This document shows, in pieces, positions 9,691 through 18,605 of a stretch of DNA of 20,000 nucleotides. A model generated the notes under the pieces. It was not told the origin of the DNA. It was given only the letters and a program-made list of their open reading frames with translations, and ran no database searches. Each line of letters starts with the position of its first letter. Within the stretch, counting starts at the first letter, position 1. Both the position numbers and the translations under genes were made by a program. The DNA comes from Barthelona sp. PAP020 (taxonomy: Eukaryota), in contig JARQWU010000029.1 in NCBI GenBank assembly GCA_040182905.1, forward strand, positions 46,385 through 66,384, in the 5' to 3' direction.

Positions 9691-10881
9691 ATGATGAGCA
9701 AAAACAAATTAATTAGTAATTTTTCACGAATACCTGAATTTAGTTCTTACATTCAATGTAAAATGACAAAAGAACCCGTTGAATGGATAATTAGATTTGA
9801 TGAAAGAACATGTATTATCAAAACATGTGATAGTTTACATTTAAAAACAAAATTCATTGAAGAAATACCATTATTTATGCAAATTGCTTATTATATTGAA
9901 AAAAATTCGGAACAAACCAATTTAAAGGCAATTGAATTAATAAAACAAGACATTGAAGGAAAAAGTTACAAAGATCCAAATGCGAGATTGTATAATCCTT
10001 TGAATAATAATCATAATTTCCCGTTTAAAGGTTTTACATTATTTTTGTTGAGTGTATATGTTAATAATGAGCCATTAACTTCATATATTTTGAAAAAGAA
10101 TCTTAGTTGTTGCATGCAAATGACTCAATATCATCAAGCTATTGAACAAGGTGAAAGTATTCAGGCTACACAACTAACTGGCTTACAATTAGCTTGTAAA
10201 AATGGTTTTTTTTCCATAGTAAAGATTATTTTATGCACTATTTCACAACCAAAATTGATTAGTCATCTTATTAACTATCAAGCGAAACCAACTGGTGACA
10301 CAGCTTTGATGATTACTATTGAGACTATTAGACAACCTTTAATTGAGCCAATAAATGAAACTCGAAAAAAAGGATACAAAATTTTGGAATATTTGGTTGA
10401 CAATAACGTTGACCTTTTTCAAAGTACATTCACAGAGCAATGGAATGTTTTGCATCGTCTATTTTACAACATTGAAGGCGTTAATAGAAAAGTCTTATTG
10501 ATAGAAATTGCCAAGGCATTTTTTCAATATATTCTCACACATTATAAGAATGAAGGTTATTCAATCATCAAACGTTTAATATTGCAAGTAGATAAAGATG
10601 GCGAAACACCATTTCACTACATTTGTAACGATCAATCGGATCCTCACCTAATCCAATTGTTATACCTATACAGTGGCAAAGAAGGTCTGATGAAAATCAG
10701 AAGTGCAGATTCTGAGTATTTAGAAATGTGCAAAAAAACGCCAATACAGTTGCTATTTCAATGTAATCAGGGATTTTTTATTGAAACAAAGATATTGTTA
10801 TTGTCTGAAAAACCGTTTTTAGGTGAATCATTGAAGGAGCAAGATTTCAATCCTGGAATTGATGATATTTTTGACGTTTGA
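9691..10881 (+). CDS. Ankyrin-repeat protein (alternative start ATG 9763)
   Basis: Ankyrin-like units LTGLQLACKNGFFSIVKIIL, GDTALMIT, WNVLHRL, DKDGETPFHYIC and KTPIQL. Confidence 0.8.
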   Translation: MMSKNKLISNFSRIPEFSSYIQCKMTKEPVEWIIRFDERTCIIKTCDSLHLKTKFIEEIPLFMQIAYYIEKNSEQTNLKAIELIKQDIEGKSYKDPNARLYNPLNNNHNFPFKGFTLFLLSVYVNNEPLTSYILKKNLSCCMQMTQYHQAIEQGESIQATQLTGLQLACKNGFFSIVKIILCTISQPKLISHLINYQAKPTGDTALMITIETIRQPLIEPINETRKKGYKILEYLVDNNVDLFQSTFTEQWNVLHRLFYNIEGVNRKVLLIEIAKAFFQYILTHYKNEGYSIIKRLILQVDKDGETPFHYICNDQSDPHLIQLLYLYSGKEGLMKIRSADSEYLEMCKKTPIQLLFQCNQGFFIETKILLLSEKPFLGESLKEQDFNPGIDDIFDV

Positions 10882-11334
10882 TTCTCAAAGTATTTTAATA
10901 ATTGCAATAGTAATTGCATATATTAACATGTATATATATGATGATGTTAACTTCGAACAAAATTGTTGTTAGACAAATCTGTTTTTTGATCTGTAATTTT
11001 TATTCCTTTAATCAAAGCAAAAATCAAGATCAAGAATTTAAAACCAATAAATTATTTGTTCCCAAATTGTTTTCAGTAATTTAGCATGAGATTACCAAAA
11101 AACAATTTATTTGTAAACTTTTAGTTTGAAATTTATTTGTTTTTTTTTTTTAAGAATAAATTTTCAGGTTTTGCCAATTGAAAAATTAAAATACTAAAAC
11201 AAAAATATTGTTTTAACATCAAATTTGTTCATTACAATTTGAAGGTGTGTTATGTGAATAAAATATAAACAATTAAATAATTCTATTCATTAGAAAAAAA
11301 AAAAAAATAGTGTGTTTTATTTTTCATGTGACGA

Positions 11335-12012
11335 ATGCAGAATGTGAATTCAAACTCAATTAGTTGGACAATTGACTTTTCAAATGGAAGTGGTAGCAAC
11401 AAAAAAAGGAAAATAAAGCCAAGATCGAAAGTTAGAAAAGAAATGGACTTCAATGAAAATGATATGAAAGAAGTCAAAGATTGGCTTGATTCTATTATTA
11501 TTTGTGTTGCAAATCAAGTTGTAATACAAGATAATATTGATGTTCTTGAAGATATAGAATCATTTCGGTCTAAAACAAACCTTTCTCAATTATTAAACAA
11601 CAATGATATTTTTTCTTCAAAATCTACATTCAACAATTCTTCCATTGATTTCACGAATTTTATTCCTAATCCACTGTTAAACAATGATACTATCAATTAC
11701 CCTTTTTCTCCTCCTTTACAATTTGAATTTTTTGATAAAATGAATATGTTAACGAAAAAAATGGAAGAATCAGCAAAAATGTGCAAACAGAAATTTTCTC
11801 AATATCCAATATATATGCCTGCAAATGGTGAATTTCATCTTCAACATTTTTTTGAAGAATTTTCGTCCGTTGACAATTCTTTACCTCCTTTAATTCGCCC
11901 CACATCTGGATTTTCTTGTTGCTCTAATTCTTCAATAACATCAATAAGTTCCAAATCATCTTCAAAAACTTCACAATCTTCAAAAAAGAGAAAGAAAAAA
12001 TCAAAATCATAA
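11335..12012 (+). CDS. Hypothetical 225-aa protein with basic NLS-like patches
   Basis: ATG-initiated 678-nt ORF. Basic clusters KKRKIKPRSK and KKRKKKSKS, Ser-rich C-terminus; no recognised domain. Confidence 0.6.
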   Translation: MQNVNSNSISWTIDFSNGSGSNKKRKIKPRSKVRKEMDFNENDMKEVKDWLDSIIICVANQVVIQDNIDVLEDIESFRSKTNLSQLLNNNDIFSSKSTFNNSSIDFTNFIPNPLLNNDTINYPFSPPLQFEFFDKMNMLTKKMEESAKMCKQKFSQYPIYMPANGEFHLQHFFEEFSSVDNSLPPLIRPTSGFSCCSNSSITSISSKSSSKTSQSSKKRKKKSKS

Positions 12013-12336
12013 ATTGTTTGAATGCTTATTGTTTTGTTATCCTTTCAGCCTTATTTTGTAATTTTTGTTTTATTATTCAAATTTTGCTGTTCAAAAAGAG
12101 TTTATATGAATTCTTCAAATAATGAAGAATGTTTAGTGGATTATTTTTGTTACAACAAATCAAATAACAAAAGTGACAAGACATTTTTCAATCATCTTTT
12201 TTGTCAGTCACCTGTTTCATAATTACGTTCTATTTATAATTGATAAAATTAATACGCAAATTTATTATTTTTTTAAGTGATAGAACGCCAGACCTAAAAT
12301 AATTTTTACCTTTTTATTTGAATTTATTGCTTAATT

Positions 12337-13467
12337 ATGCCATTAAAACATCCACGTGCAAATAGAAAAGTTGGTACACCTACATCACCGCAAAAAAGTT
12401 CAGCTTTTAACCCTCGTGGTCCAAATTCCAGAACTGTAACCCCTAGTTCATCTGCACAAATGTTAAATCGTTCACGATCTTTAAATCACACAATAGGAGT
12501 AACTGACAGAAATAATGACAGAGCTTATGAAACTGATGATTTGGTTTTTGTGCGTACTATTGGAACTGGAACTTTTGGACGTGTACAATTGTGTTATCAT
12601 CCTGATACCAAGGAATATTTTGCTCTTAAAATATTAAAGAAATCTAAAATTGCAAAGTTGCAACAAATTCAGCATGTAAAAGCTGAAAAGTCAATTTTGA
12701 CAAGGGTTAATCACCCATTTATAGTTAATTTAGTTCATAGTTATCAAAATGAACAAAATCTGTATATGTTATTAGAATTTGTGAATGGTGGTGAATTATT
12801 TGCCCATTTACGGAGAGCTGAACGATTTCCTGTCGAAACAGCACAATTTTATGCTGCTGAAATAGTTTTAGCCCTCGAATATTTGCATAGCATGAAAATA
12901 GTCTATCGTGATTTGAAACCTGAAAATCTATTGTTGGACAAGCAAGGACATATGAAAATTTGTGATTTTGGTTTTGCTAAAGTTGTTGAGGAACATACGT
13001 ACACTCTTTGTGGTACAGTAGAATATTTGGCTCCTGAAATTATTTTGAACAAAGGTCACAATGCAGCAGTTGATTGGTGGGCTTTAGGTATTTTGATTTT
13101 CGAAATGTTGGCTGGATATCCCCCATTCTATGATGAGAATCCTTTTGTTGTCAGTGAGAAAATTTTATCTGGCAAAGTTTATTGGCCAAGGCATATGGAT
13201 CCCACATCTCGAGATTTAATTAAAAGATTGTTAACAAGAGATCGTTCCAAAAGATTTGGTAATTTGAGAGGAGGAGCTGAAGACATCAAAAGACATCGTT
13301 TCTTCCGTGATATTGACTGGAATGCTTTGTATCATCGAAGGGTAGATCCACCAATTAAACCTAATGTTAATGCTGATGGAGATGATAGTCAATATGATCA
13401 ATATCCTGATTCTGATGAAGAAGATGAATTTACTGATTATGATAAGACCGTGTTTGATGATTTCTAA
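12337..13467 (+). CDS. cAMP-dependent protein kinase catalytic subunit (PKA-C / PRKX-like AGC kinase)
   Basis: GTGTFGRV, ALKILKK, QHVKAEK, GGELF, YRDLKPEN, DFGFAK, TYTLCGTVEYLAPE, VDWWALG, GYPPFY, AGC tail YDQY and terminal hydrophobic motif FDDF. Confidence 0.93.
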   Translation: MPLKHPRANRKVGTPTSPQKSSAFNPRGPNSRTVTPSSSAQMLNRSRSLNHTIGVTDRNNDRAYETDDLVFVRTIGTGTFGRVQLCYHPDTKEYFALKILKKSKIAKLQQIQHVKAEKSILTRVNHPFIVNLVHSYQNEQNLYMLLEFVNGGELFAHLRRAERFPVETAQFYAAEIVLALEYLHSMKIVYRDLKPENLLLDKQGHMKICDFGFAKVVEEHTYTLCGTVEYLAPEIILNKGHNAAVDWWALGILIFEMLAGYPPFYDENPFVVSEKILSGKVYWPRHMDPTSRDLIKRLLTRDRSKRFGNLRGGAEDIKRHRFFRDIDWNALYHRRVDPPIKPNVNADGDDSQYDQYPDSDEEDEFTDYDKTVFDDF

Positions 13468-13626
13468 ATTGTGTTTGTTATTTTTTTGTATGTCAGTGAT
13501 AGTTTTCAAAATTTTAGTTTTATTGTTGTGTGTTAGTTTTCTATTCATTGGAGTTTGAGATAAAACAATTTTTTTGTTTCTTTTTTTTTAATTGTGATTA
13601 AACCATTTTTTCTTTATTAATTGAAT

Positions 13627-14163
13627 ATGGAAGACAAAGTTGACGAAAAAACTGTTAATATACAACAAACAAAGACCGTTCTTTTAACTTTAAATGAAGA
13701 ATTTTCTTCTCAAATAAGAAAATCAAAAAATATCAAACAAATCCATACTTTCTCAAATTTAAAAATATTATTTGGATTATTGGCTATTTTTACTGCAGCT
13801 CTTTGTTACAAATACATTTTTTCATGGCCAGCCGAAAAAAATCAACAACGTGTGTTATGTTGTGTAATTTTTTTTATCTTTACACTTTCATCCGAATTTA
13901 TAATCAGATTTATTGAAAAAGACTCTTTTCTGTTTGTGAGTTTGAAGAATAACCAAAAATATTTTATTAAAGGCATTATGAAAAAATATTCAGATGAATA
14001 CACCCTTAAGTTTTGGCATAAAAACAAAAAAATAATGTATAATTTTAAGGTTACTGATTTTTTTGATAAGATTCCCGAGAGAAGACAAAGATACAAAATA
14101 AATAAAGAAAAGATTTCTAAACAAATAAAAACAATTTTGATTGAACTTGGAAAAGATGAGTAA
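13627..14163 (+). CDS. SPCS2: Signal peptidase complex subunit 2 (SPC25/Spc2 family), 178 aa
   Basis: H-x-x-x-N-L-K-I-L-F-G followed by two TM helices, the EKD-x-F motif, MKKYSDEYTL and VTDFFD. Size and layout match SPCS2. Confidence 0.75.
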   Translation: MEDKVDEKTVNIQQTKTVLLTLNEEFSSQIRKSKNIKQIHTFSNLKILFGLLAIFTAALCYKYIFSWPAEKNQQRVLCCVIFFIFTLSSEFIIRFIEKDSFLFVSLKNNQKYFIKGIMKKYSDEYTLKFWHKNKKIMYNFKVTDFFDKIPERRQRYKINKEKISKQIKTILIELGKDE

Positions 14164-14308
14164 AATAAACATTACAAAGATTGAAAAGTTTTTTTTTATT
14201 TCCTTTTTAGGAAATATTACTTTTATATAATTGGTTTGAATTGAAACACTGTGGTTATTTTAGAAAACTTCGTAAAATCTATAAAAAAAATTTTTTTCTA
14301 TCCTATTC

Positions 14309-16969
14309 ATGCGGTCATTTATTAAATTTCGATCATTGAATGCATCTGAACAGGCATCAATAGTTGTACCACATGATAAAACGAAATGGAAACCGACTTT
14401 TTCAATTGAAGACAGATCTATTAGAATTCTTGATGAAAATGGTGAAAAATTATATAATTTTGACCAAGTGTTCGGACATTCTGTTTCACAAAGTGAACTT
14501 GCAAATAAATTTTTGGAAACTGAATTGTTAGGAAGTTTTTATGGAAAATCTTCTTTAAATATGGTTTATGGGTCTGCAATATCAAACAAAAATGACTTAT
14601 TATTTCAAAATACACAAAATTTTCAAGGATTAGCCTTTTGGACGATGGAATTCCTTTTGGAACAATGTTTTGCTCATAATGAAGGTAAAAATGGCAAAAC
14701 TGACTTGAAAAATTCGACTTCAAAAAAGAAAAAGTGTTCAGTACAATGGCAATGCTTGTCAATCAGTAGAGCTGATAAAGTTTTTGATTTACTTGATAGA
14801 GAACAAGAAAAGTATGAAAGGAATTATGAAATAAATGGATTTAATCTTTTAGAAGGGGCTACAACATTAGAATTAACCAATGAATCATCAAATGATTTGG
14901 TTTTAGCATTGAATCGTACAAATAAAGATAATTCTCACATAATTTTAATGTTTTCTGTTACTTTGAACGATGAAACGGGAATATTTGGTATTTTAGATAC
15001 TTCTTCAGCAGAAATGACTGCTTTTGATCCTGGGTTGCATTATTTAGATCAAGTTAGTGATGGAATTGATCCTACTATTGGATTATCATCAAATATGAAC
15101 AGTTGTAACCTTTCTCGATTTATTTCATCTGTAATTTTGGATTCATCAATAAATTTCGATGTATTAATGTGTTTACCTGTTATTCCTTTGACCACTTGGA
15201 TGCACAAACAAATATCGTGGCTCAAAGACTTTCAAGCTCAAATTAACATCAAATTAAACAATAAAGTATCCTTAGCCCCAAATGAATTTTATAAAATAGA
15301 AAACAATCAAATAATATCTACAAAAATGAATCTGGATTCTTCTAATTTTCTGACAGATTTATTAAAAGAAATGTTTAAATATTTGCCTTCTTCCATCAAT
15401 CTTAATGAGCAAGTGTTAACCAGAGAAGAAGTCATGAATAATTTTGAGGGTTGTTCACTTTTAACGCAAGAAACAGTTCGTTCTCAAAAGGAAGTAATTG
15501 ATCAACTGTTAAATGATTTACATATTCGTAGAAAGCAAGTAATTTCATTAGAAGATACTGTAAGTAGTTTATCATCACGTTTAGCCATAGTAGAAATGAA
15601 ATGGTCGGGTGAAGCACAAAAAGTTTCACAATTGGAGGGTGAATTACAAACCAAACTGAATGTATCGCCAAATAGACGCAGAAGTTGCAGCGCTAAAAGT
15701 TTTCTTGCACCTACTGTTTCGTTAACCAAGCGAATGGAGAATAAAGCTATAAACACCGATATTTCAAGTCATTCAATTACCACAACAGTAGCATCAGTAG
15801 CAACAAATACTAAGAATTTGAATTCTGATAATTTAAGTGTTCAAACATTTGATATGCATGTAACCCCTTCAACACGTGTTGAAAAAGGATGTCAAATTGA
15901 AAATTTACGTGCTAATATGCAAATACGTACTACCCAAGTTGAATTTGAACGTGAAAAACAAACAAAAATTGATTTGGTGGCTGCTATGAAGAAAAAAAAA
16001 GCAAAATCAACAGAATCGCAATTAAATATTCATTTTCATCAAGAAACTTCAAATATTGATAAAAGTTTTGATGTTACAAAGTATTTAAAAGCTAAAAAAC
16101 CTGTTGATTCATCTACCTTGAGAATAAACAACATATTAAAACAAACTATTAGAAAAAAAAAAATGGCCAAAATACCTACAATAATTAAAACACCCAAAAT
16201 AAGATTAAAACCAAAAAAAAATGAAAATTTCAAAATTTTGGATGTGAAACAATGTCAAAATATTCAAAAACAAGAAAGACAAAAGATAAATAATTTGATT
16301 CAGTTGGTGAATAAATCCACAAACGAAAACACAAAGACAAATGTCTCAAATAATGCTGCTGTTTCTTCAGAAATGTTTAAACCCCCTTCAATATCACCGG
16401 ATCTGATGCCAGATGTCATGAAAAATTTAGCTTCTTACATAGAAGACGTTATTAGGGTGAATCAACAAGCGACAGCTGAAGAAACAATGAATTCGGTCAC
16501 TATAAAATTTGAAAGCGTCGAAAAAACTTTATCTGCTAAATTACAACAATTTTCAGATCAATTCACAAACAATAATCTGTTGGCTTCAAATAAAACTTTT
16601 TCATTAACAACCAATTTTTCAAATCATTCAACAACACCCATACAACGAACAAGATCCAGTTCAATCCCACGATTATTAGTGAATCAACAATCTCCTTCAC
16701 CAAAATCAGTTGGAAGTTCCATGTTTATTCGTTCAGGGAAATCTTCAAACAAAAACACAAATACTCAATCAGTGAACGACAGAAAAAATAATGAAAATGA
16801 ACCGTACAGACATAGGAGACTGTCTGTTGAATCACCAAACATGAAATTTTCGACTTCACCAAAACTTAGCACCTTAAATCCTTTGGATTCCAATTTATCC
16901 ACTATATTAGAAACAAATAACACTATTATTTCACCAGTTAGTAGATCTGTAAATATAAAATATGTTTAG
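14309..16969 (+). CDS. Highly divergent, probably catalytically inactive kinesin-like protein (886 aa)
   Basis: Kinesin scaffold motifs appear in the correct order (FIKFRSL, YNFDQVF...SQ, VFDLL, SHIILMF, NLSRFISS), but the P-loop is YGSAISNKN, switch I is NKDNSH and switch II is DTSSAE. A coiled coil and a disordered S/T/N/K-rich tail follow. Confidence 0.8.
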   Translation: MRSFIKFRSLNASEQASIVVPHDKTKWKPTFSIEDRSIRILDENGEKLYNFDQVFGHSVSQSELANKFLETELLGSFYGKSSLNMVYGSAISNKNDLLFQNTQNFQGLAFWTMEFLLEQCFAHNEGKNGKTDLKNSTSKKKKCSVQWQCLSISRADKVFDLLDREQEKYERNYEINGFNLLEGATTLELTNESSNDLVLALNRTNKDNSHIILMFSVTLNDETGIFGILDTSSAEMTAFDPGLHYLDQVSDGIDPTIGLSSNMNSCNLSRFISSVILDSSINFDVLMCLPVIPLTTWMHKQISWLKDFQAQINIKLNNKVSLAPNEFYKIENNQIISTKMNLDSSNFLTDLLKEMFKYLPSSINLNEQVLTREEVMNNFEGCSLLTQETVRSQKEVIDQLLNDLHIRRKQVISLEDTVSSLSSRLAIVEMKWSGEAQKVSQLEGELQTKLNVSPNRRRSCSAKSFLAPTVSLTKRMENKAINTDISSHSITTTVASVATNTKNLNSDNLSVQTFDMHVTPSTRVEKGCQIENLRANMQIRTTQVEFEREKQTKIDLVAAMKKKKAKSTESQLNIHFHQETSNIDKSFDVTKYLKAKKPVDSSTLRINNILKQTIRKKKMAKIPTIIKTPKIRLKPKKNENFKILDVKQCQNIQKQERQKINNLIQLVNKSTNENTKTNVSNNAAVSSEMFKPPSISPDLMPDVMKNLASYIEDVIRVNQQATAEETMNSVTIKFESVEKTLSAKLQQFSDQFTNNNLLASNKTFSLTTNFSNHSTTPIQRTRSSSIPRLLVNQQSPSPKSVGSSMFIRSGKSSNKNTNTQSVNDRKNNENEPYRHRRLSVESPNMKFSTSPKLSTLNPLDSNLSTILETNNTIISPVSRSVNIKYV

Positions 16970-17161
16970 TTATGGCTGTAATAATCAAAATAGGCCTATT
17001 GAAAAAAGAAAGGTTGAATCTTTTTTTTTTGTGTGAATAAATGTCAAAAATTGTTGTAAAGATATGTTTTATATTTGATTTTTTTCAACTGATGATAACA
17101 ATGGATAAAAAAATATTAATTTTATTATTTTAATTTTTGACTTTTATTAATCATTTCGGAA

Positions 17162-18466
17162 ATGCAAAGTTCCAAATACAGTTCAAAAAGAAATATTCCT
17201 GATGAGTTTCCCCAAATAATGATGGATTTTACCAGAGAAATTCTTCGAAAATTGACATATGAAGACATTTCCAATATTTATGAATTTGGCGCCAGCTATT
17301 TTCAAGCATTATATAATGATGAACAAGCTCAAGGGGAAAATATTCTTTCTAGATTTTCAAATAATGAATTGGAATCAATGATTGGTGAGTTGTTTATGGC
17401 TGCTGATGCTAATGGAGATGGACATTTGTCATGGGAAGAATTTAGTGAATCTTTAAGCAGTTCATCATTAGGATTGTCTGAACGTATGATAAGAAGACTC
17501 TTTTTAGAATCTGACGTCAATATGGATGGTAAAATATCCTATACCGAATTTGCTCCAACTGCAGTTAAACTTATTGAACTTTTAGTTGAACAAAAGCCCC
17601 CTGCAAGAGAAAGAAAAGATTTCTTTGATGCACCTTTACATGGTTACAAGCGTTCTCAATTCCAGACTATTTTGCAGAAAGCTACAGAGAAATATGATAG
17701 TAATCTTAGTTTCACTGCTGTCAGAGGAATTTTAATGGAATCTGAACTTGGCTTTACTTCTGTTGAAATTCGTCATTTGATGTCTGAGTTCAAGCTGAAT
17801 ATTGGACCTTTACCCACTCAAAGGTTTATTACCGAGACATTTGACACTGTTTTGGATAGTTATATTAAAGGTATTTGCACAATTCCCACTTCTGCAAAAG
17901 AAATTTTAGAAAAGTTAGAAGGAATGTTTGAACAGTTGGATACTGAAAAATTAGGCTATTTATCTCTTTATTCAGCTAAATCTGGAATTCACAGATTAGA
18001 TTATCCCTTGTCCAATTATCAAATTGACGTTATTCTTGCTGAAACAAACATTGATGAACAAGGTAGAATAACTTGGAGACAACATTTGAACCTTATTGCT
18101 CAATCTATCTTTTCCATGATCGATATGGATTATTTGATTGTTAGAGGAGAGTTAATGAACCAATTTGAGTCACAAATACCCAGTAAAATTCATGATTTTG
18201 ATGAAAACCAATTTAAGGTTCAATTTAGGGATGTTATGTTAGCTTCAGATTCAACACAAAAGGGAAGAATTTCATTACGTGAATATCAAGCTGCGTTAAA
18301 GGCATGTGTAATTGGATTTACCCCTTCAGAAATCATTTTATTAAATTGTGCAGCAAATATGGATGATGAAGTTACTGTTTTGATTAAAAATATTGAAAAT
18401 ATCGCTTGGAACAGAGTCCGAGCTCTTTGGTTGGAACGTCAAATACAAAAGCAACTCAATAATTGA
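17162..18466 (+). CDS. RIIa dimerisation/docking domain + EF-hand protein, radial spoke protein RSP7-like
   Basis: N-terminal IPDEFPQIMMDFTREILR...IYEFGASYF is an RIIa D/D motif. Canonical EF loops DANGDGHLSWEE and DVNMDGKISYTE, plus degenerate loops DTEKLGYLS, NIDEQGRIT and DSTQKGRISLRE. The architecture matches Chlamydomonas RSP7. Confidence 0.78.
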   Translation: MQSSKYSSKRNIPDEFPQIMMDFTREILRKLTYEDISNIYEFGASYFQALYNDEQAQGENILSRFSNNELESMIGELFMAADANGDGHLSWEEFSESLSSSSLGLSERMIRRLFLESDVNMDGKISYTEFAPTAVKLIELLVEQKPPARERKDFFDAPLHGYKRSQFQTILQKATEKYDSNLSFTAVRGILMESELGFTSVEIRHLMSEFKLNIGPLPTQRFITETFDTVLDSYIKGICTIPTSAKEILEKLEGMFEQLDTEKLGYLSLYSAKSGIHRLDYPLSNYQIDVILAETNIDEQGRITWRQHLNLIAQSIFSMIDMDYLIVRGELMNQFESQIPSKIHDFDENQFKVQFRDVMLASDSTQKGRISLREYQAALKACVIGFTPSEIILLNCAANMDDEVTVLIKNIENIAWNRVRALWLERQIQKQLNN

Positions 18467-18605
18467 TTGGATTGTTGTTTTTTGCAGTATCTTGATATGT
18501 ATTTTGAAAGAAATGAAAAAAAGTTTGTAAAATAATAATTTATTATTGTTGTTCGATACGAAAGAGAAGGTGTAGGTTAGCCTGATAGAAAAGAAAAGAG
18601 AAATT

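Noticed and set aside
10938..10996. ATGATGA box-C-like words in intergenic DNA (also near 4172) suggesting C/D snoRNAs
   Set aside because: No properly placed CTGA box D or terminal stem, and such words are expected by chance in AT-rich DNA.
12022..12222. 66-aa ORF after the 11335 orphan
   Set aside because: T-rich sequence starting 10 nt after a stop and giving F/L/V-rich translation, typical of 3' UTR or intergenic DNA.
252..17520. Numerous short overlapping or antisense ORFs in the track (e.g. 481-903, 2106-2539, 8330-9181, 13231-13558, 14421-16233)
   Set aside because: They are shadows of the longer, motif-supported genes and have no recognisable domains.
1500..18535. TGTAA downstream of several stop codons as a green-algal-type polyadenylation signal
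   Set aside because: Absent after STX5 and PKA-C, at variable distance, and frequent by chance at this AT content. It would need poly(A)-site data.
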